Shown here: in pieces, positions 26,701 through 40,026 of the stretch
Numbering within the stretch: the stretch's first letter is position 1
How the letters are laid out: each line of letters starts with the position of its first letter
Assembly: GCA_964016885.1 (NCBI GenBank)
Contig: OZ024746.1
Coordinates: forward strand, 40,114,001 to 40,178,000
Source: Eledone cirrhosa
Taxonomy: Eukaryota
DNA length: 64,000 bases
Reading direction: 5' to 3'
Made by a program: the position numbers and the translations under genes
Notes under the pieces: generated by a model
The model's input: only the letters and a program-made list of their open reading frames with translations
Databases searched by the model: none
What the model was told of the DNA's origin: nothing

Positions 26701-29700
26701 AAAACAATAACAGAGTTAGTCAGAAATAGAACTACATATATGATAATGAATAATTTAATTTGTAAGAAAAATATATTAATGAACAGAGCATACAGATGTT
26801 TTCTACAACTGAAATGAAACTAAAAATTTCACTCATTAAACCTTTTGATATCAACCTGCTCCAAACCACCCATTTCAGAGAGTTCCAATTTAAATTAAAA
26901 TCTTTCAACTTAATTTGATACAGAAATCTTCCTCCTTGTCAGATCCAATATGTGAATATGTTCAGAAGATTAATAGCAAAGTCGGATTTAAAAGTTTAAC
27001 CCTTTAGCATTTAAACTGGCCATATCCAGTCAGAATTCTCTCACCTCTTCAAACCAGCCATAACTGACCACATATACTTATTTTAAGATGTTCTCAAAAT
27101 AAATAATATCAAAATCACATTGATTCGATATTATATGAGGTAAAATGTTTACCGAGAAAATATAATAATTTCTTTATAGTAAATATAGAGTAATGTAAAT
27201 GCTAAAGGGTTAAATGGATTTCTAAAGAGGTCTTAATTTTACACTTTCATTTCTGATGCTTTTCTTTGAAACAAATCATTTCGAGCTGTTCTCTGACAAA
27301 AAAAAGATTTTGTTTCATTTAACAGAAAACTGCTTCATTAATTCCAAAACAGTTTAACTAGATTTTGGGGGACCATGATTTTTCATAATTAATTATATAA
27401 TACTTTTCTACAAATAATTAAATACTTCTCAAGCTTTTTTTCAGAATTTGATCTATTGAAACAATTCAACCCTTTTGATAACCTAACCAAAACCAGGTTT
27501 GGTGCTATGAAATAAAACCACCCAATTTTCAGTGTTATTTAAATTAAAATCTTCCAACATATAAAAACCAAATTTTAAATTATCATCTTAGTAATGAAGT
27601 AACAATTTTATTAAATCCCTCAATTAACTGAAACATGGTGTATTTCATGAGAAATACAGCCATGAAAAGGTTAATAACAGAAGACAAATAATTAACTTAC
27701 CTTGGCTTTAACATCTTCGATATCAATATGCTTCCGGGTAAAATCAGTCATCCTATCCTCATCTCCAGATAGAGAGTTATCTACAGAAAATAATTAACAA
27801 ATTATCTACAGAAAATAATCATTAACATGTTGTCTACAGAAAATAATGAGATATTTTGCCCCTAAATGTTAAGTGATTAGAATTAAGGTTAAGGAAAAAG
27901 TTATTAGCTGCTGCAAGAAAGAAAAGCAATTCTATTATTTACACCAGTAAATGGACACATTTGCAGCCCTGCCAACAACTGACAAATCACTCTCACTTCC
28001 AACAATGCAAAAGTGATGGAAAGTCAGTAAACATTCATCTCTTTCATGACCTTCAGTTTCTCTTCCTCTTCAGTGACTTTTATAATTTATAATATGTGCT
28101 GACAGGGAGCACTCTTAGCTACACTATCAAGTCAGGTGGGCCCTATACTTCAGTTGTCTCTCTCACTCATCATTCTCTACATTAACAGCCTACTGCCTAT
28201 CACATATAATCCTTTGAAGAGGATACACATCACTACTTCTACAAATAGTTATCATCCACATTCAACCAAAATACCTCGTAACAATTCTGCATTGCCTCTA
28301 CGGACAGAAACCTTGAAAACATGCTTGAATGGTGACAGGACAACTTAGTCTCTTTCAACAGCACAAAGGCTTTATCACTACACATATCAATGAAAAAATT
28401 TTATATGGACTTTTTTTAGTTACATACATCAGAGATCCCCAACCACCTATCCATGGATCATTTGCTACCAAGTCAAAAGATTATACACTTCTTCCCTTTA
28501 ATAAATTGCTCTTTTTATCGAAATGCACTTAAATAACACATATGTGCAACTACTGGTCCGTGGAAAGATTGTCTGGCATGATATAAAAAAGGTTGGAGAC
28601 CATTGACATACAAGACAATTAAAACCCTCAAATTCAGTAACTTTGCATCATATACTGTATCCAAAATATTAGGTTTCTTATTCAGAGACAGAAAATACTT
28701 CACCTATAATTCACTGCAGACCCTTTGTGAAGTTTACTGGCTTACAGGCATGTTTCTGTATGTGCTCTTAACTAGTTAGCTGCAACCCTCCTCCACCCAA
28801 ACCAAAATACATTTAATCATCCTACTCTGGCCCACTACCAGATCCCACACTAAAATACTTGCCTAATTCTGTCCCCTCAGAATTCACTGCCACCCATATT
28901 CTTCCTTAAATTTTTTATTCACCTGCAAATGTCATGGGTACCTCCTTACCTCCTAAGACTAACTTATAAAAATATGAATCTTATTGGTATCAACTCTCGT
29001 ATGGCATATAAAGGAAGAGAGTATCAAAATGTCTTGATATATAGTAGTTAAATCACCACTCTCATGATGAAGATCTTCATCATTTTTACATCAACTTTTC
29101 TATACTAGCAGAGGTTGGACAAGATGTTTTACAACTGGCTGTCCTTCCTGCTGCCAAACCCTTTTAGTTACCTTGTACAACATGCAGGGACACAGTGTAA
29201 CTATTCTAAAATTCAGAAAAGAAACTACTTAAAAAAAGGAACTTACCATCATCATCATCATCATCATCACCAACATCAGATCCTTCATCAAACTCATCTC
29301 CTTCATCCGGATTCTGAAGATCAAAGTATCAGATAATTGTTCATTTTCAATATGGAATATTATACAAATGAATAAGACAAACAATTTATTGAATATTGTG
29401 ATCTAGTTAAAGGCATGAAAACACACTCCACACACAAGAATAATACATTCATACATATGTTGATTGGGATCAGCATTTCTTTTAGACATGTTATGACCAT
29501 CTTCAAGCTTTATGGTCTTTTAGAATTTTAAAAATAAAACCATAAAATATAGCTAAAATCATGCATGCCCACTCATGTACATAGTCTCCCTCTCACATAC
29601 ACACACACTTGTATAGATGCATATTTAAGTATATGTATACATGTTCACAAAAACACAATGAGTCTTAATCCTTTAGCATATAAACCGGCCATATCTAGCC

Positions 29701-32700
29701 AGAATTCTCTCACCTTTTTCTGTGCAAACTGGCTGCTTAAACTTATATTAAGGTATTGTTCTCAAAATAAATATCAAAATCTCATGGATTCGATATTATG
29801 TGAGATAATTATGTGAAATAAAAGTGTTTACCATGAAAATACAATAGTGTATATATAGAGTAATGTAAATGCTAAAGAGTTAAATATTTTTTTCCTCACA
29901 CGTGTGTAATGTTAGATCCCAAAATCATGTGAACAGCAACCTAAATTTTCTGAATGGCAGGTGAATAAAGAAAGATGAAATAAATAAATCTGTAAAAATC
30001 TGATAACATACCTCTCGGTATTTTGAGATCTCTTCTTCATAGTCACGTTTATAACGCCGAAGTCGTTGACGAAGTGTCGTTAAACCTCGAGCATTGTTTT
30101 TGCTCATCTGCTTTCTTCCATCTTTATCATCCCAACACTATAAAAAAAAAAAATGCATTTTGCTATTTCAAACATGAAAGTAAAATAGATATTTTCAAAT
30201 AATTACTTCTTAAAAAGATTTTCCAAACGAACATTCAAGCGGAAGAGAACTTTCAGTTACATTTTGTTTCTAAATTATTTGAAACTTTTCCCTGGCTGAT
30301 ATTGCCCATTAATTGCCTGTTCAAATTTAAATGAGAATATTGATCTCAAATTGTTGAAGCTCACAGAGATGATGAAGAAGTGCAACATGCAGACGGATGT
30401 GTTGGAAAAGACCTGTCCAACCCATACAATGGACGTAAAACAATGATGATGATTGATGTAAATCTCATAGCACATAACATTACTGATGTACACTTGCTCT
30501 ACATAATCCAACTTTTTTATAACATGAAATTTGTGTTCTCTAGATTTGGGGGATATGTTTTTACATAATTATTGTTATCTTTCCTCTAAATTTTTACACT
30601 TAAACCAGCTTGACATTCAGTAGTTGTGACTTTGAATTCAAAGGATTATTGAAACAGCTACAGTAAATAAAATATACCATAAATATAATTATGTTTGTTA
30701 GCCATAGAGTGAGTGAGATATCTTAATTTCCAATAATTTCAGTAAATCCCTCAAAATGTTTCATTAATTAATTGAAATTGAATATATTTCATAATAAATA
30801 TAGTCACAAAAGAGATCATATTAAATTTCAGAATGAAAGCTGCATACCTAAAATAAAGCGTTATATGAAAAACACATACCTCAGTAACAAAATCCTCTAG
30901 TTCTACTAAGCATCGAAGATAGAATCTTGGCATACCCTCAATATCCACAATTTTTTTAGCTTTTTCAAAAGCCTTAATAAGAGTTTCAAAATCTAAGGAA
31001 GAAAAAAAGAAATAAATTTAATAATAGATGAATCTATTTTACTAACACTATTGTTTTTTATTCTTTTTCTTTCCTTTTTTTTCAGATTTGTGATTTTTAT
31101 GTTATTGTTTTTATTTCTTGTTGTCATGGGTTGGATGGCAGTTTTTGAGGCATTGTTTTATAATTAGATGCCCTTCCTGACATTAATCTATTCAGACTCA
31201 TCTGACGACATTCTTAACTGCATACACATGTATTCTTTATATTCACCCAGGACAAAAAAGCACCTTATCCACCCAGTTAGGTGGTCATACTGGTGCCATA
31301 AAGAAAAGCACTCCTCAGTCCACCCTGTAAAGAGGTAGTGGTGGTGCCATAAAAACAGCTCCCAGTATATGCTGTAATGTGGTTGGCATTAGGAGGGGCA
31401 TCAAACTGTGGAAACCAAGCCAAAAACAGATCTGTATGAGCATGACTGACAGTCACCTGACTTGGTTAGCCTCCAAGCATGGAAAATAGAAGTTGTTATC
31501 TCTATGCTGTCTTTTCATGCTTCTTAAAATTTTGATAGTATTCTACTTTGTTCAGTTATTAGACAGTGGCAATGCTGGGGCATCACCTTACAGAGTTTTT
31601 TGTCTACATTTTTCAAATTTGGTACATATTTTGTTGATCTTTTTTTTTTTGAACTACTAAGTTACGAGACATAAACACATACACAACAGGCTTCTGCAGT
31701 TTCTGTCTACCAAATTTCACTCAAGGTATTGGTGAACATGAGGCTATAGTAGAAGACACTTGTCCAAGGTACCACCATACAATGGGACTGAACCTGAAAC
31801 CACATGTTTGCAGAGCAAACTCCTTAACAGGGCCAAGCCTATGCCATCAAACAAAGGTAATGTGCTAAAGACTAACAGAGGTTCAATAAACCTATCAATT
31901 TACATACAAATGGTTTAAGCATTTACATTAAAATGTTTGTAGTATCTTTACTAGTGAGATCATTATAAAAATTTGTAGTAAAGACATTAATTTTTTCATG
32001 TGATGCAGTGGTTTTGTGCTTTCAAGAATGCAACATGTTTTCATGTGGTACTGGACATGCAGAGTTATCCATGTCTTTTCTTTTCTCCTTCCACATTCAT
32101 TTCCATCTCTCTTACCCAGTAACTTTCATTCTTCAATACGTAACCCAATTATCTCATCAAAACATTCATCACTATCTCTATTCCCATCATCCACTGCAAT
32201 CCATTTTGCATAAGTTAGATTGCCTGCCACGTGATGAGACCAGACAGATCAGGTGACCTCGTCTTGATCCTATACTCCATTTTTGGTTTGGTTTTTCTAC
32301 AACAGGTTACCCTTCTTAATGCCAATTTCCTTACTAGGAGGACTGGGTACTTTTTGCCGTGGCACCAATACAACCAGAGTTAAAATAGGTACACCGTATT
32401 TCTGTATTGTAACAAGCAACTAAAATAGTTGGTGCCAAGAAGAGCATTTGGCCATAAAACTGTCTCAAGAAGGACCTCATGATGAGTGTAATAACATTCA
32501 TTATTAACCCTTTAGCATTTAAACCAGCCATATCCAGCCAGAATTCTCTCACCGGCCATTCATACTGATGTTATATCAAAATCTCATAGATTCAATATTA
32601 TGTAAGATAATTATGTGAGGTAAAGCCTTTACCATGAACATATAATAGTAAATATAGAGTAATTTAAATGCTAAAGGGTTAAACAAACTAATTTCTGTAA

Positions 32701-35700
32701 AACATTCTAAAAACGAGAAATAATTATAGTTTTGTTATGAACTTTAAATCTAGAATTTTATGTCATATCAAATCATCCAACAATAGCTAAAAAGGAATAT
32801 AAAATAATACATACCTGTCAATACATTCGACATATCTTTGATCTTTTTATGATTTTTTAATTGACGAATAATATTTTGAATCTCTTCAAACCTGGAAAAA
32901 GAAAAGAACATGAATTATTCTGAGTTCAAATCTCATTGGATTGACTTTCTCACAGAAAATTATGGAATGCTCATAAAATATTAACAATATATTTGTTTGC
33001 ATTTCATACAACAGCCAATTCTACAATCTTTATCAATTAATTTACCTTCTATGTTACTTATTAATACTATGAGAGAAAGGTAAGCCAATGTTTGTTCATT
33101 GATAGCACTTTTCATTTTTCGATAAATTGCAAGCCTTATGCTAATTGGCCACATGCAAGAATGTTGAACTGACTCTTTCAGCACATCTCCCTTTCTATCC
33201 TCCAGGGTTTATAGCCTTTGTAATTCTATCCACTGGAACCACAAGGCAACATCCACCTGAGGTTTTTATTCATGTTGTTACCATTAGTCATTATAATTTC
33301 AGTCCAAGAGTAGGTTATGTCAAATAAATCTTGCCCAAGATGCTACAGTGTGACTGAACCGAAAACCACACAGCACCTACAATACTTTTTTAATTTCTAA
33401 CAATGTTAGCTACAAGTAGTGCAAGGGGTAGTTCCAATACAAACTGTAGTGAATGGTTACATCATCAGTAATAAATTTGTTTTTAAATTGTTGTAGCTAT
33501 AACCATATTAAAAGTTTGCAAGTGAAAATAATTTATGATACCAAACCTGAAACTACTCTTGGTTCTACAATACATAATTGTTAATTTTTAAATGTTATTT
33601 ATTTATTTAAAACTTTCCATTATTATTCTATGTTAGAATCATTGTTAGTTTATCTTCCAAACATCAGCTTAATAATGAGAAAGTTAATTATTTTGCTAAA
33701 TCATTCTGGTCTTGATTATTTTTCAAAATTAATTTGAAAATCATAGGCCCTGTCTTTCATTAGAAATATGGTAATGAATGGGTTAATTGGATAACAGAAA
33801 ACTAAAAATTATCAACTTACCTCTTATCCTTTGCACTCCGAACAACTCTTTTAATATCTTCTTCTTCTTCACTAAATTGGTAGGTCCTAAAAAGAAAAGT
33901 ATAACATAAAATATATATTTCATTTTTCTGTGAAAAAATATTGGATATTGTTGACTAAAGAGAAAAAAAAAAAAAGACATCAAAGCAATTAAATACATAT
34001 CTCTATAATAAATAAGAAAAACAACAAAATGATATTCCAGATACAAGAATTACCCATTACGCTTTAATCATTATATTATAATGTACTGAGTTCAGGCCGT
34101 TGTTTAACCCTTTTGATACCAACTCATGCAAGTATGGTAAAACAAATATAAAATGAGGATGATTGATATAAAACCACCTGAAACTGCCTCTACTTCTACA
34201 GTATTTATATTTTCTAAAATATTGCAACTAAATAATGAGAAAATTTACTAAACCCTTCCAAATTTTTAATTTTCAAAATTTATTTGAAAATCATAGGTAG
34301 TATCTTTCATTAAAAATATGGTGATGAATGGACTATTTATATTTTACAGTCTCCCCAGATTTCAAAAAATATGAAGAATTTGATTGCTTCTGAGTTGAGT
34401 CGGTTCTCAGATAAAAACACTTGATTTGTTGCCTGAGACTGATTTTGATTCTGTTATACAAAGTTATTCAGTTTAAAGTGGTTACGTGTCAAATAAATAT
34501 CCAACCTTAGACTGAATAAGAAGATTACATGTTTAATGGGGGTTCAACTATCTACTTAGCTCAGCAATCCTTCCACTGTTCCAAAGACATTTGGAATGTG
34601 CTTTTGGAATGGCTCTTAGCCCTGCCACTGTAGTTTACATAATGTAAACTTTCAATGGTATCTTCAATTTTGGGAACAGCCAGAAGTCAGAAGCCATGAC
34701 TGAAGAGTAGCAAGCCTAATGCATGAGTAAAATTCCTTTCTTTGTGGAAAAGACTTTGGAGGAACTGTAACGAATGAGCTAAGACATTATCATAATATAT
34801 CTGCCAATTTTACAAGGTTCACAGATCTGGTCTCGTGCACCAAACTCATCACAAAGACATTTGAGGTTTTCCTAACAATACTCTTTTCTAATTGTGTCCT
34901 TCAGGTGTGTGTTTGTGATGTACAACACATCAATAGTCAGCGTCACCTTGATTTTGTTCCACACCTGATGTGCTTTTTGGGGACCTTGGCAACACTGGAT
35001 GCTTCTATTGTGATAATTGGGCTTTGGTTTCCAGGTCGTACTTGTACACCTATGTCTCATCTCTAGTTATCACAGTATTCAGAAACTCAGGATCCTTGTT
35101 GACAGTGTCAGGCAAAATAAGTATGCAACAAGTAAGTAGTACAGCACCTCACATGCTGGTTGCCTGACATATCCAGCAACCATGCATGTAGTTCCACTTT
35201 TGTCTCTATAACATCATGGGGGAAAATAAAAATGGGATACTTTTTCAACAGACCTTGTATAAGTAAATTTAAGACTTCTATCATAATCTTATACAAGAAC
35301 ATTTATGTCAATATGTCCTCAAACGAAGTTAATACTGAAGAAATTGATTAATTTCTAAATTCTAAAAATTTCAAACTCATGGAGAATATAGTTTATTAGA
35401 AATGTTCAAAAAATGGTTAATAATTGAAAAAGAAGAATTCAAAATTTCTTTCACACATGAACATGTTGATATTGTGTTCTTTATAATCTATATTAAGATA
35501 ACCTTTATCACAATCAGCAGTTATAAATTCATTTTCTCAAAGCTAGCACCACAATAAAATATACCTAGTGCAGTTTGCGAAGTGGCAGTGCTGGTACCAT
35601 GATAAAATACAACCAGTACACTCTATAAAGTGGTTGGCATTAGGAAGGAGAACCAGGTGTAGAAATCATACCAGAATATGAACTAGTAAGATGTGGTTAT

Positions 35701-37270
35701 CGAACTATGGCTTGTTTTCAGGCTGTGACAACCCATCAAACTCATGCCAAAATGTAAAACAGACCTGACACGATATGAGAAAAACAAGTGATAAGAATCA
35801 GGTGTCAATCTAATTATCCAGTGATTACTATTAAAAATTATAACTCAAAATCAAAAAACCTGATGCGTGATAAGAGGTCAAACTGAATAAAGCATCAGAC
35901 TATTCAGACTATCATCATCATAACTTTATGTCTGATTTCCAAGCTGAAATGGGTTGGTGGACCGTCACACAGTTCATGATTTGATATTTGTAATTTTAAG
36001 TGAGCACAAGTAACTTTAAAATAAGAATAGTGATTTCAAATGAAGCAAATTTTACTTAAACAGAAGCTAAACTTAACCAAGAATGATTATCTTCACACAA
36101 AAGATGTAGCAGGGAAAACTCGAAAAATACGATGCTGTAATAGTCTAAACAAAAAAATATTCTTTCATCACAGGATGACAACCAGTAATAAAGAGTTATT
36201 TCCCTTATAAAGTTTTTTTTTTGTTTTTTACGGAATTATGTATCGATAAAATTTAATGGAATATGCAACTTCTAAAACACTTTCACGAAGAGATTTTTAA
36301 GAGTATATATTCGAAACTGTTTTTCCTAATAACTAGATAAACAGCATCAAGTGGACGTAAAACAAAGATGTCTAGGACCTTCACCCAAAGACATTAATTT
36401 GAAGATTGCAAACAAATTAGATAAGGGCAGTAGATGCAATGTGAAGGTTGATTAGATGCAATAAATAACAATTCATCAATCACTTTGCAGAGGAAAATTT
36501 GTAATTAACTAGTCAAGTTCGTATTGTTGGCATTATAAACGATGTTATAATCGTTTGATGCTATATTTTCTATAAAATACACTTTTAAATGACAGTCTCA
36601 CATTGAAATTATTAATCTCAAATATCAAGTGGCAAAGTCTCATTTCAAATTCACTTAGAATTTACAAATACAGTAGGTGGGGTAAAGGATCATGTCTCAT
36701 TTATTCCATTTTAGGCATGGTTTCTATGACTGGATGTCATTCCTAACAGCATACGTTTTACTGGGTATACTAGGTGTATTTTATCATGGCACTAGCACTA
36801 GTGAAGTCATTCTCAGTAACACTAAATACTGATAATGAATCACTGAAATATCATCATCATCGTTTAACGTCTATCTTCCACGCTAGCATGGGTTTAGACG
36901 AAATATATTTAATCATTCTGGTACCAACATGGCCAAAACTGGCCCTAGTTCTATGAAACAAAAAAACACCCATTTTAAAGGATTTCCAATTTAAATACAA
37001 ATCTACTACTATATTAATTTTATATAAGAACTATGTTACATTTACTATGTTAATAATAAAATAATTTTAGTAAATCTCTTCTTCATTAATTAATTGAAAT
37101 AGAGTGTATTTCATTAGAAATATGTTCAAAAAAGGATTAAAAGATTTTCTTTTAACAGAAGATGATTAATGAGAGTAAATTACTTACTTTGTAGATTGAC
37201 GTTGGGGTACGACCTCCTCTTCACTACTCTCACTGTCGGTCTCATTTTCTATCTTGTAAAACTTCGACAT
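11665..37270 (-). CDS. EIF3C: Eukaryotic translation initiation factor 3 subunit C (22 coding exons, ~913 aa)
   Basis: Hand-assembled GT-AG exons with consistent phases total 2742 nt including the stop. Peptides match eIF3c motifs: [93 protein letters not shown] (PCI domain). Confidence 0.97.
12736..12903 (-). CDS. EIF3C: eIF3c coding exon 21 (Trp-repeat low-complexity tail)
   Basis: 168 nt, phase 1/1, open frame, acceptor ttag and donor gtgagt. Confidence 0.85.
14319..14478 (-). CDS. EIF3C: eIF3c coding exon 20 ([17 protein letters not shown]...ENNERIL..)
   Basis: GT-AG bounded, conserved. Confidence 0.96.
15615..15818 (-). CDS. EIF3C: eIF3c coding exon 19 (VWDLF...[10 protein letters not shown]), PCI domain
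   Basis: 204 nt, phase 0/0, conserved. Confidence 0.97.
17034..17227 (-). CDS. EIF3C: eIF3c coding exon 18 ([11 protein letters not shown]...INEKMNGK)
   Basis: GT-AG bounded; GPPESMREH motif. Confidence 0.97.
18134..18287 (-). CDS. EIF3C: eIF3c coding exon 17 (GLLLQ...[24 protein letters not shown])
   Basis: GT-AG bounded, highly conserved. Confidence 0.97.
18500..18745 (-). mobile_element. tRNA-derived CORE-like SINE; copies at 15290-15420, 22980-23100, 37840-37950, 55310-55437 and 63130-63385
   Basis: Head GGAGGCGCGTGGCCTAGTGG..GGTTCGATTCC followed by TTGTGTTCTTGAGCAAAACACTT-like core. Confidence 0.75.
19251..19376 (-). CDS. EIF3C: eIF3c coding exon 16 ([18 protein letters not shown]...RAKELLAQ)
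   Basis: 126 nt, phase 0/0, conserved. Confidence 0.96.
20386..20592 (-). CDS. EIF3C: eIF3c coding exon 15 ([19 protein letters not shown]...HSDIPTQ)
   Basis: 207 nt, phase 0/0, conserved. Confidence 0.95.
21459..21585 (-). CDS. EIF3C: eIF3c coding exon 14 (LKDEKTVC...RRIEHMYYK)
   Basis: GT-AG bounded, conserved. Confidence 0.95.
23208..23320 (-). CDS. EIF3C: eIF3c coding exon 13 ([11 protein letters not shown]...DPHSTDYIE)
   Basis: GT-AG bounded, highly conserved. Confidence 0.96.
23825..23921 (-). CDS. EIF3C: eIF3c coding exon 12 (CLSYVTK...[11 protein letters not shown])
   Basis: GT-AG bounded, in phase. Confidence 0.93.
25167..25429 (-). CDS. EIF3C: eIF3c coding exon 11 (EKPKMFSK...[17 protein letters not shown])
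   Basis: ORF 25163..25417 plus splice sites. Confidence 0.96.
26094..26217 (-). CDS. EIF3C: eIF3c coding exon 10 (..[15 protein letters not shown])
   Basis: GT-AG bounded; GEWE.V.GG motif. Confidence 0.94.
26582..26688 (-). CDS. EIF3C: eIF3c coding exon 9 ([14 protein letters not shown]...AASFLK)
   Basis: GT-AG bounded; acidic D-W and FLKK motifs. Confidence 0.92.
26996..27213. mobile_element. piggyBac-like MITE (TTAA-CCCTTTAGC...GCTAAAGGG-TTAA); further copies at 29665-29883, 32504-32682, 51055-51257, 51676-51900 and 51897-54397 (split by RTE)
   Basis: TTAA flanks, CCC..GGG termini, shared ~220-bp body. Confidence 0.85.
27245..27292 (-). CDS. EIF3C: eIF3c probable coding exon 8 ([16 protein letters not shown]), 48 nt, possibly skippable
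   Basis: Good acceptor (tttttgtcag), open frame, phase 0/0; weak donor gtgtaa. Confidence 0.6.
27467..27675. mobile_element. Second, older TTAA MITE family (AACCCTTTTGATACC...); copies also near 26290-26540, 33540-33787, 34104-34330, 36920-37140, 38665-38880 and 58870-59115
   Basis: Recurring degenerate body ending GAAATATGG..AAAGGGTTAA. Confidence 0.6.
27701..27780 (-). CDS. EIF3C: eIF3c coding exon 7 ([26 protein letters not shown])
   Basis: GT-AG bounded, phase 1/0 links exons 6 and 8/9. Confidence 0.85.
29247..29313 (-). CDS. EIF3C: eIF3c coding exon 6 (acidic [22 protein letters not shown])
   Basis: GT-AG bounded, in phase; acidic region as in eIF3c. Confidence 0.88.
30012..30137 (-). 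CDS. EIF3C: eIF3c coding exon 5 ([29 protein letters not shown]...)
   Basis: 126 nt, phase 0/0; KNNA..LRQ motif. Confidence 0.95.
30880..30992 (-). CDS. EIF3C: eIF3c coding exon 4 ([10 protein letters not shown]...[19 protein letters not shown])
   Basis: GT-AG bounded; PRFY motif. Confidence 0.95.
32815..32891 (-). CDS. EIF3C: eIF3c coding exon 3 ([25 protein letters not shown])
   Basis: GT-AG bounded, in phase, homologous peptide. Confidence 0.93.
33821..33886 (-). CDS. EIF3C: eIF3c coding exon 2 ([21 protein letters not shown])
   Basis: GT-AG bounded, phase 2/2, conserved [10 protein letters not shown]. Confidence 0.95.
34500..35260 (-). mobile_element. Decayed mariner-like transposon remnant
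   Basis: TA-CAAGGTCTGTTGAAAAAGTATCCC terminal motif; remnant [11 protein letters not shown] resembles the mariner C-terminus. Confidence 0.5.
37188..37270 (-). CDS. EIF3C: eIF3c coding exon 1 ([27 protein letters not shown])
   Basis: ATG at 37270; acceptor ccccag 3 nt upstream; donor gtaagt; resembles the eIF3c N-terminus MSRFF..SDSES. Confidence 0.88.
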
Positions 37271-40026
37271 TTTCTGGGGAAAAAATAGATATCACAAAAT
37301 CATTCTTTATATACTTGTTATTCCAGATATGTTTGCATAGAATTGCAGCACTTGCTGAACCCACAAACTTAATTACTAACACCAGTTGATTTGGAGTCAG
37401 CCAATATTCCATAACACAGTACCAAATGAAACTTCATCAGCAAAACATTCTTGAAAAGTAAAGAAAATCATTATGACTGCATCACACAAAATAATAAAGT
37501 ATTTGCTATAATACTGCAAATTTTCATAACATTCTGTCCACTAGTAAAGATGCTATAAAAAATTTTAATTAAAAAACCCATTTTTAAATATTTTCTGCTA
37601 AATCATGACAGAGTTAATCCAAACAAAAATGTTAAAAATCAAAATGAATTCTGCCTTGATGCCCCGTTCAGTGGCTCGAAACAGATTAATAGTAGCAGAG
37701 ACAAACATTTCTAGGAAACATTGATTTACATAAACTAACAGATGGCTAATTTACTTAAATTAATAAAGGTTTAACTGGCCACCTACAATGTGGCATCTCA
37801 GATCTTTTAATGATAGGGGCCAATCCTATCACGAAAAACATGAAATGAAATGTTTTGCTCATAAACACAATGTACTGCCAAGTCAAGGATTTAAACCTAC
37901 GAGTAGGATGTGAGTCAAACATCCCAACCATTATGGTATACACCTTCACAATTTACTTAATACAAACATTAGCCGGATTTGTCAGTACCTGAAAACTTCT
38001 TAGATTTAGTCAAATCATCAACATCATCAAACAATTTTTATGAATTCATGCAAATGGTTTTAATCAAATTATTTCCCAAAACTATTTTTTCTATAAGCTG
38101 AAGCCACAAAAAAAGCATTATGGCCTCCCAGTTAGGTGGTAGTGGCAATACCACCAGAAAATGGACCTGATACATGCTGTGAAGTAACCAGTGTTAGGAA
38201 GAGCTGTAGAAATCATGCCTAAATGGAACATATGAGCAAGACACAACTGTCTGACCTGTCTATCTAACTTCAGAGCATGACAACTTATCTAACTCATGCA
38301 AGCATCAAAAACAGACATAAAACAATGATAATGGAGCATTTCAAATAAGTCCAATTCAACTTTTAAAAACAGCTGATAACCAGATTTACAATGCATGTGA
38401 ACTGTGCAGAGTGGAAGCTCTGCAAATCAGTCTTCTTTTCTAGTTAAACCTTTATACTTGACATACACTCACAACTTAAGTGGAAGAGTTTGACTGTAGT
38501 TAATAGATACTGAATGATAGACACATTATAGAAAGACTAATAAGTGGTGCCACATTGGCTGAAGACATAACAAAAAGTTTAAAATCAAATATTTCTGAAA
38601 TTGCATTGTAAAATTTATTGCAAGACATGGTGACAATCACATGATATAATCCAAGAATGGCTTAACTCTTGGTATCAACATGACCAAAACTGCCTCTGGT
38701 TCTATTAAATAAAGCTGCGAATTTTAAATTAAAATCTTCCAACATAATCCAATACAAGAACCTTTTAAGTTATGTTATAAATGCCATCTTAATGAAATAA
38801 TAAATTTAGAAAATCCCTCAAAATTCTTCAATTAATTGAAATACAGTATTTCATTAGTAATATGGTCTCAAAAGCATTAACACAAAATATTTTTCTCTGA
38901 AGATTTGTTTGTATATACAAAATATTCACTGTGCCATTCTGCATATATTTTTTCTTGGCAATTCTTGTTACCATAACAATTTTTCCATCATTATGTTGAT
39001 GTTCTTTAAAGCAGTCTACACAGTAAAAAGACAATGCCAATGAAATTATGGTGCTGCACTTCAGACAATAAAATTATAGTTACTCTTCACACTGCTGTCT
39101 CCATTCATTCTTCAAGGCAAAGTACTTGAACGAACATTTTTTTCTAATGAACTGGATTTGTAAAAGGAATTCAATTTGAATTTCAAACTAAATTTTTGAA
39201 AAAAAAAAAAGAAATGAAAACAAGGAACATCCAGATTTTCCTTTTCCTTCTAGTTTCACAACTATCTAAACTTCAATCAGTCAAATCATATTTTATCTTT
39301 AAGTTACATTATTTTTAACTAGCACTATATCTATTTTCATTTATTATATCATATGGGATGGTAATCAGGTGTAGGCGATCAGATTCTATGGGCATGGGGT
39401 TAGAATGTCTCAGGAAAGAATCGCTGAACAAAACCAAGCAGCAGGAAACCCAAGGGTAGACCCTGAGCAAATTGGTTGGATAACATCCATGAGCTTGGCT
39501 GGTCATGCTTGGGGATCCAGCCAAATCAGTTGGAGAAGGTTGCTTCTGACAGGACCTGCTGGAAGGAGTATTTGAGAACTCTGACCCCATGACTCTCTCA
39601 GGAATAAGTGGGTGAAGAAGATATTGGATGGTTTTGATTAGAAATTTGACAATTGGATTAACAAGTGAGATTTTTTGATAATACCAGTTATGAAATACCC
39701 CATGAATGACCTTATCAATTATAGTAGCTTCATTTCATAGTCACAAATGTTTTTCCTAAACCTTTTTTGTACCAGCTTGCTTAAAGTGTTCTTATTTAAA
39801 TTTATCTAAGAACCTTTTAGTCATAACACCAGATTAACAAACCAAATAATGAAAAGATTAAATCAGTCAAAATTAACTGAACCTTAAGCAATGTATATTG
39901 TTAAAGATGTGGAGGATTAAACAATATATATTGGCCACTCACAATTTCAAAAACTAAAACAAAAATGAAAATAACCAAAAGGAATACTTTTGAAGACCAA
40001 ATAGCTTTAACATTCTTAGATACTAT

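Noticed and set aside
37975-38035. Possible intronic C/D snoRNA (minus strand TGATGA...CTGA)
   Set aside because: Weak terminal stem and no recognisable rRNA/snRNA guide complementarity; TGATGA is very common here.
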